Of a stretch of DNA of 64,000 bases, positions 18,401 through 27,400 are shown piece after piece (position 1 is the stretch's first letter; each line of letters starts with the position of its first letter). The DNA lies in NCBI GenBank assembly GCA_031286285.1, contig JAITUN010000100.1:222-64221 (forward strand), written 5' to 3'. A program made the translations under genes and the position numbers. Source of the DNA: Bacteroidales bacterium. GTDB lineage: Bacteria > Bacteroidota > Bacteroidia > Bacteroidales > WCHB1-69. The notes under the pieces are model-generated. The model had not been told where the DNA came from and ran no database searches. It saw only the letters and a program-made list of their open reading frames with translations.

Positions 18401-21400
18401 TCTGCCAGTACTTCGTTGGTGGCAGTCATCACTTTAACAACATAGTCATCTTCAACAAACTTTCCTTTGTTTCTAATGGTTACAGTGTAATCGTAAGGTA
18501 CAGTAACTGTAGGTTTGCTATTACCGTTTATAGAAATGGCTTCAAAGTCTATATCAAACTGTTCGCATGCAGTAAACTTGATGTTGCTTCGGTCGGTACG
18601 TGTAGTTCCGGTTCCGGGAGCAGCAGCGCTGAAAGGACCGCCAGAATCGGCGCCTCTAAATAGAATTTTACCTGAAATAGTATGGTAGTAGAAATAACCA
18701 CTTAATGAATAGCTGCCGGCATTATTAAGCCATGCAATAACCAAATTTCCACCATCGTAAGTAAATGGATATTGAAGTTCAAAAGTAGTCCATGTATCAT
18801 CATTGGTGAAAGTAAGTTCTCCTTCATAAACCATATCTAAGTCATTCACACTAACCCAATCTGTGGTATTTGCAAAAGTATTTTTAGAGGTATTTCCTAA
18901 ATAAACAGTTTGATTTGCTCTTGTCATTGCCGGAAGTGAGGTAGAATAATATTGGAATGAGATGGCTGTGATTTGAGAACCCGGGGTAAGTTCTATATCG
19001 GCTGCATCATAAATTTGTTGTGAGTAAGCGTATGAATTCCAGTTACCAATCGGGAGATAGTATCCTGAGGAGTAAGTTGTACCGGTAGCAATTTCAGCAT
19101 CTTCGCAGGGGGGTTCTTCCTGGCAGGGTCCCATTTCTTTCACAATGGGTTCAGATTCGTAGGTGTTGGGGCAAAATTGGGTAACAGCCCACACGTGTGG
19201 TTCATAAGGATCAAAACCATAGTCCATATAAGTGGTTTCTAACCATTCTTCATGGAGTACGATACCGTCTCTATAGATGACGTACATTTTTCCGCCGCCG
19301 CAATTCATATCTCCGGTGTATATTAATCCTGAGATACCGTACATACCCACTCCCGGAGTTCCGCAGGGGTATGAGCCGTTTACCGGAGAAGCGTATAGTA
19401 AATTACCTGCACCATCATACACATTAAACATACATTCACAGTCGAAAGAACCTGGATTCCAGTACAGTTTCAGTTCTCCACCGGGTACTTCCATAGAATA
19501 GGTTCCATAAGAGCCGCCTGTAAGTCCAACCGTACCAATAGTTGCGCCATTTACTTCAACGCGAACATTACCGCTGTTCCATCCATCGCCAAAATAATCC
19601 CACATTTCGAAGAATAGTTCGCAGAGCGGACCCACTGTAACAGGTCCGGCTGTTGCTGCCAATCCTTCTCCTTCAGCATTCACAGCATAAACAGTGTAGG
19701 TATATTTACCTGCAGCAGGAACCTGATCTTTAAAGGTCATTGCAGCACCCGGAGTTGCTCCGGCAATAAGTTCTGCAATGGTAACATTGTTTCTTTTAAG
19801 CACCATTTTAGTAATACTTGTCAAAGTAGCTCCGCCAAAGGTTTGTGTTGGGTTAACCCACGCCAAATTACAAATCATTGAACTACCCAGAGGAGTTGCC
19901 GTAAAGTTACTTGGCGCTGCCGGTAAGTTTGGATTAGCATTGGTAGTGGTAATGGTTACTCCGTCTCCGGTTCCTATGATATGCATCAAGAAGTGATAAT
20001 TGTATGCTTCTGAGAATACGTAATTGTCGCGACGTCCCATGTTTTCGCCTGTTCCGCCTGCAATCCATATACAAGGACCGCCATAATCATACGTTGCGTC
20101 GGGATTTGCAATCATCCAATCATAGGTACCGGCAGGGATCTGAATAGTAACACTTCCATCAACTACAATGTTGTTAGTAGTACAAACAGCATCTGCGTTT
20201 GTCGGTATTTTGTGTGAAAATAGATCGTAGGTAGTAGGGGAAATACAAACCGTTGAAAATGGACCGACTTCAGGGATAACAGTGCCATATAGTGTAGCGG
20301 TTTGGTCTAACAATAATTGATATCCGCTACCATCGTCCCAAACATCATGAGCTTCAAGGGTTACGTTTACCATTCCTTTTGGAGCGGGCGTACCGGGAGG
20401 AACTATTTTATAAGGAACATTATTACTTTCAATATAAGTATTTCTTGTTCTGTTTAATCGTGATGTTGGCTCTCCTTCTTTCGTCGCATAGAAAACTTCT
20501 CTATCTCCGTCGTTAGGAATATAGGCAACTTTTTTGCCACCGCTCCAGTCTAATTCGGCGGTACAGTCTAATTGATAAGTTACCATCAATTCAGCTTCTA
20601 TAGCACAGTCGCCGGGCTGTTTACAATATAGAGCATCAATGCATGCTTGTTGAGACACACCGCCATCGGGGCAGAACACTTGTACGCACCAGGTATGGGG
20701 TAGAAATGGGTCGTGTCCTGTGTCAATATAGATTGGTTTATCTACAGTAGCAATATAGGCGCCATCTCTGCGCACCACATAAGTACGCGGGTTGCAATCG
20801 TTATAATAAGAGAAGAAGTTAAATCCTGTAGTATAATTTGTTGCATTTGCACAGGAGAATAGTTCTTCATCAAACGAATTAAATATTTTAAATGAACATT
20901 CGGAATCGTATGAGCCTTTTGTCCATGTTAAGTCCACATTTCCTGAAGGAATTAAAATGGTAGCTGTTGACGAATAACCTGAACAGGTAGCTGTTCCATA
21001 ATTTTGTCCGTTTACAGTAACCGTAATTAAAGCGCCGTTCCAGCCATCTCCATAGCTGTCGTCCATCACAATTTTAATATTACACATACCACCCACAATA
21101 GCAGAAGTGTTTGCAGACAATCCGTTTCCTTCAGAAGTAACTGCATTTACAGTATAGGTATAGTTACCTGCTGCAGGAACTTGATCGGTATAGGTCATTA
21201 CTTGTCCGGGCGTAGCTGTTGTAAATTCTTGTACAGAGGTTCCATTTCTTTTTACAACCATTTTGGTAATACTTGTTAAATTAGCGCCGCCAAAGGTTAG
21301 CGTTGGGTTGGTCCAATCAAGTTTGCAATTTAATGAGGTGCCTTGCGGAGTAGCAGTAAAGTTGGTGGGAGCTGCAGCAATATTTACATTTCCAGTTTCC

Positions 21401-24400
21401 ACAAATGCTTCAACAATCCAATTGTAGAACAGGTTATTAGATCCGCCAGCAATAGCCATCGTTATCCACTCGTCATTCCAATACATAATATTTCCTTTTG
21501 TATCCACCATAGGACCATCATCACATCCACCGGGATATCCTGCGCTAACTATAACATGATAAACCACCCATAATTCTTGAGATGCATCAATCACTACGGG
21601 AGTTGTTAAGAGAACTTCCGTATAAGCGTCTTCAAGTAGTGAAGATGGAGAAACTGATTGTTGGTATTTTAGAGTACCTTGGTTGCTGGGCCAGGTTCCG
21701 CCTTGATAGATTTCAATGGTAAATTGAGATATCGAAGAGACATACATATTAATAAATCTCACTTTCGTAATAAGGTCGCCATCCACAACTCCTTTTGCTG
21801 CTAAATCGGCTGCAGTATATCTTGCGCCTGCTTTAAAATCGGCAGGGCCGCCGGTTCCAATACTATTATTCGTATGTTCAAAGTTCCATTTTACCCAGTC
21901 GTTGGGACCAAAATCGGGATTGCCCTTGGTTGTAGGTTTGTTCGGATTAGAAGCAAATAATGCAGTTGGTTTTTCGCCTCTCACAGGTTCTTTATAGTTA
22001 GGATCCATAGGAGGTACCGGGTGAATAATCCCTTTTCCTTCGGGGGCATCCCAAGTAATTTGGGCTTCGCAAGATCTTGGATCTAAGTATTCCACTTGCA
22101 AGTTTGTTGGAATATCACATTCTGCTTCAAAAACACATTTTGTTAAGGTTTTAGATGTCGGATTCGATACACCACCCTCATCACAAACTACTTTTACAGA
22201 CCATGTGTGATCTAAGAATGGATCATAAGCGGCATCGGTATAAGAGGTAGTTTTGTGGTCTTCTTTAATAATAAAGCCATCTCTATATACATTATATCTT
22301 ATATTCGATTGACAAGCTACGATTTGAACGTTAGGACGCAGCAACTCATATCCAAGAGAGCCTGCAGCAGGTGGGGAAGCAGGATTATATGCACTACCGT
22401 CTTGATAAACAGTAAGCGCTTTATGTAAAGTAGTAGTATGATTATAGAAAGTATTATTACTACTTGTATTATATGTACCAGAATTGTTTGCAATAGCAAC
22501 TACAAGATTTCCGCCTTCATATTCAAAAGGAACATCCAAATCAATAGTACTCCACTTTTGACTATTGTTATAAGGTACTGTACCTGAAAACACTTGTGTT
22601 AACTGAGACAAAGGCACCCAGTCTGATTCACTTGAAAATGCATTTTTAGAAATATTTCCCATATAAACAACTTGGTTGGCTTTACCTGTTTGGGCGGTAG
22701 CATAAAAATATTCGAAAGCTAAAGAAAGAATAACACCAGGGTCGCCAATTTCGGAAGCATCATAAATAAGTTGTGTATAAGAATAGTTGTAGAAAGTATT
22801 AATAGGTAATCTGTAACTTCCTGTAGTTCCGGTTCCGATGGTAATTTCATTACCACCACTGCACGGGAGTACTTTTACAACAACAGTAGTAGAAACGCCT
22901 ACGGGGTTACAATCGTCGCCAAAGAGCGCTTTTACGGTATAATTATAACTACCGTTTGCCACAGTTTCGGTAAAAGTAGTAGTAGTAACTGTAGTTACGT
23001 TTGTTCCGTTGCGGCTAATTTGGTATCCTGTTGGGTTTCCGGGAGCGGCTGTCCAATTGAGGGTAACATCGTAGCCGTTAGCGGTGGCAGAAAGGTTGGT
23101 AATGGGGTCGCATTGGTCGCCTGCAAAATATGGAAAATGCAAACAAGTAGTTTCATAAGTATCTGCTTGTATCATTGTAGCTGCGCCTGAAGTTGTGTTA
23201 ATTTTCATCCAGTTATCATAAACAGATTCGCTTTCAGCCCAATACAGCTGGCCATCGGCGTAATCGAAAGCCATACTTTGTGCATAATTAATGGTTCTAC
23301 CTGTAGAGCCTACCAAAGTGGCAGCGCCTGAAGTTTTATTTACAGTATATAAATTAGCGCTACCCGAATTTACTATATACATAGTACCGGACAAATTAAT
23401 TGCCATGGTCAATACAGTGGTAGAAGTAGTATGTCCGGTAATATTAGCCACTTGGGTAAGTTGACCGGTTGTTAAATTTACCGTATGGATAGCTCCATTA
23501 TAAAGAGCATACATAGTATTGTTAGTGTAGTCATATGATAATGCACTCACAGGGGCAGCACTCAATTCGGGTCTTGGAGTAGAACTTATCACTGTTCCCG
23601 AAGTGGCATCCATTTTATAAAATGCCGGAGATGCTGTGTAATCACTATAGCAGTACAGATAACCGTCAAGAAAAGTTCCTCCATACATTACTGCAGGGAA
23701 ATCTGTAATGAAAATCTTTCCTGAAATAGCATCTACATCCCATTTCCAATAGCCAACAGAAGCTGTCGGATAATGGACGTAGCCCCAAACCATATTTCCT
23801 CTTGAAGGGGTAAGGTTTGGTTCTGTGATAGGATGTTCAATAGGTTGATATAAATGAGCGGGTCTGCGCATAGCGCTATTTCCTTCAATAGTTTTTGGCA
23901 TCTCCATACCTTCCTGTTTTTCCACATAGTTATATTCGGGTACGAAGTCATATTTGGGGTCGGTAACATCTACTAAGATATTTCTGCCTTTTCCGTCGGG
24001 TGCAATCCAGGTCAGTTGTGCGGGACCGCAATCAGGACCATACACTACATTGAGGTTCGTAGCGGGATCGCATTCGCCGGGGGTATCGGAACAGAACTCT
24101 AAGGTTGCTGAAACAGCAGAGGATTCACCGCCCGTTTCGCAAGCCACTTTCACTGTCCATGTATGGGGGAAAGCAGGGTCGAAAGCGGTAGAGGGGTCGG
24201 TATAAGTAGTTGTAGTTACATTCGTAGCAATAGAGGTACCGTCTCTATATATATTATAGGTATAATCGCCGGTGGGGATAGGTCCGCCTGCATCGCAAGG
24301 CAATGCTTCAGTGTGATTATAACCACTGAAAACAGGACCGGAGTAAGAATAATATGTTGTTCCGTCCACCTTAACAGTTATATTAATAGTATTGTCAGTT

Positions 24401-27400
24401 AAACCTGATTGGTCTATTTGGAAAGTAGCGTCTCCGAAAAGTTGTCCTGTAAACGTTCCTATTCCACCGGTGGCACCTATTATCATCGCACCGGCGGCGT
24501 CTTTTACTGACCATATATAAGCATCGCCATAGTTGGATGCAATAGTTACTTCTACGGTGCATGGATCGCCAAATGGCACGCAAGCTTTGGCATTGTCGCC
24601 ATCGCCTGCAGAATTAACTGCAAATACTGAATAACAAAAAATACCTGCTGAAGGCACCATCGGATCTTGCCATGTTACATTAGCGCCAACCGCAAGATCA
24701 CTACCGCTGGTAATTTCATGGATTAGGATTCCATTTCTTCTGATAACTACTTTGGTAATACTTCCTGCTGCCAAAGTTGCGCCTGCAGTTGTTTGCGTTG
24801 GGTTAGTCCAGGCAAGATTAGCCTTATAATCTACGGGGGTAGCAGTAAACTGAGTCGGTGCTTTCGGTGCGTTAGCATTGGAAAACTCATAAACTGTAAT
24901 TCTATTGGGATTTCCTTGTATATTAGCAGCTAAATGTAATATTCCTCCGGCTTGATATATAAAAGCTCCTCCACCAATATTCGGTTCCGTCATATCTTGA
25001 TTCAAATCATAAACCGGACCGGTTAGCGTATTTGCGGCGATATTATATTTATACATATACGCTCCTCCGTTAGTTTGGGTATTGAGCCACACACAATTAT
25101 TTACCGCATCATAAGCCGAGCCGTAAACGTCTGCTACATTTGCCGTAGCGCTATTGGGTATTAATACTGCACCTGTCATGGATATAGCAGCCAAAGTGGT
25201 CCAGTCGCCTGTCCAAAAGCCGCCGGCGCCTCCATCCAAAGTGGGGTCATAAGTCAGGTGGCGAGTGTTTCCTGCACCGGAAGTAATCGTTCCGATAAGG
25301 GTTTGATTTGCCAAATCTAACTTATAGATGGTTGAGTTTCCTCCATTTCCTGCATAGAAATAGGTACCGTCATAAGTTAGCGATCTCATCAAAGCAACTC
25401 CGGCAATGGTAAATGATTGCGGGTTTGAACCATCCATGTTATACTTGCAGAACAAAGGTGGAAATGAGGTTGGGCTCCAGCTTCCTGTGTACCAATTAAT
25501 TCCATCTGTAGCTACTGCCGGTTGCGCGCCCGCAACGGCATTAAAAGCATATTCAACATCCCACATAGTCTTGGTTGGTTCTAACTTAATGTTGCTAAAA
25601 GATTCACATCTGTCTGCAGGTGTATTTCCCTCTCCTCTTTGTAGGCTTCTTTCAATAACTTCTGTTTTAATCGGTGGATTTATCACCGGTGCTTTTCCTT
25701 TTCCGGGGGGATTCCAGTTGAGTGTTACACTACTACAATTCTCTTCATAAACTGCGGTCAGGTTTGTAGCGGGGTTGCATTGTCCGGGTCCTCCGTTGTC
25801 GCAAGCGATCATAGTTTTGGATGCGGGGTCAGATTCGCCGCCCGTTTCGCAAGCCACTACAACTTCCCAGGTGTGTCCTGCCGTAGCAACAAAAGTGTTG
25901 TCGGTGTAAGAGGTAGTAGTAACCGGCGTAGTATTCAGTTTTGAACCGTCTCTATATATATTGTAGGCAACGTCGCCGGGGATAGGACCGTCGTCGGTGG
26001 TAATTAAAATATCGTCAATAAGAATATCATAACCTTCATAATCGAGAGTGAAAGCATGGAATCCAAGATAATAGTTTCCTGCTGTAGTAGGTGTAAAAGT
26101 AGATGTTATTTCTATATAATCATCATCGGTGTACATACTCGCATTATAATAAACTGTAGTACCGGCATTCATTGCAGCTACTGTTGCAGCATTACCAATT
26201 TTTACTTCAAACTTATCATAATCGTCATAATCATAGCCTGCTGCTACCCAAAAACTAATGGTATATTGTGTTCCGGCAGTAAGTGCAATAGCCGGGGTGA
26301 ACATCCATTCATTGCGGGTATAATCAGCATCCCACTGGCTCCATGCTAATTGTTCACTATAATTATGTCCCCAATAATAATAATCATCAACTTCCCAACC
26401 AATTGTGGGGCTGGTTGTTGTTCGAGTCCATCCGGTGGGTAAATTTGGCGCTGTAGCGCTTTCAAAGTCTTCTTCGAAAACCACAGATTTTGGAGCCGGC
26501 AATGGCAAAACTGGTTTTGAGTGCGGCATACGTGCTGCTCTATTTTTCATAAATTCAACTTTATCAATGCCTGTTTTCGTTGGTTTTCCGTCATTATATT
26601 TTGGAGGTGCAATTGTTCCTTTTCCGGGGGCAGTCCAAGTAAGTTGGGCTGAGCCGCAGTCGGTGGCGTAGGTAACGTTCAGGTTGGTTGGGGGGTTGCA
26701 GGTAGCAGGTCCGTCACCGGCACAAACTTCAAATTTGACATTCGGACGATTGTAAACTCTAGCTATGGAACTGGTTATGTTTGCAGGATTTACAGGGGCA
26801 GACGTACTATAAGTATTTATATATCTGTACTGTGTTGTAGTACCGCCTTTCCATTTATTACCAGTAATATAATAACCTGTATTATGAAGGGTTGCTATTA
26901 CAATATTTCCACCGGTATATACAAATGGGGCATCAAATACTATTTCCGACCATTCATTAGCATTGCTAAAGGTTGGGGTTCCATGATATACTTGTTGGAG
27001 TTGATCAAACGGGAAAAAGTTTGCTGCTGTGGCTCCCGCAAATTCTACCATATCTGTATTTGCCATATAAATAGTAATCTCCTTTTCAAATGGAGTAGTA
27101 GAAATATAGTTATATGCTACTTTGGTAATTGTTTTGTTTTCTCCCGAATAGCCAATTTCGGTGGCATCATAAATTTGTTGTGCATAGTTATATTCCCAAA
27201 GGGTGTACATAGGTCCATACTGGCTGTCTGTTGTACCTGTGTTAATAATTTTATCAACGCATCCAACGGGACCTCCGGTGAAGTATGCCGTATAGGTAGC
27301 ATCTGTGGTAGCGTTAAAGGTAATAGAAGCTGTAGTTGCGCCTGTATTCCAATGGTCGAAAGTATATCCTGTATTGGCAGTTGCGGTTAGGGTAACCGGT

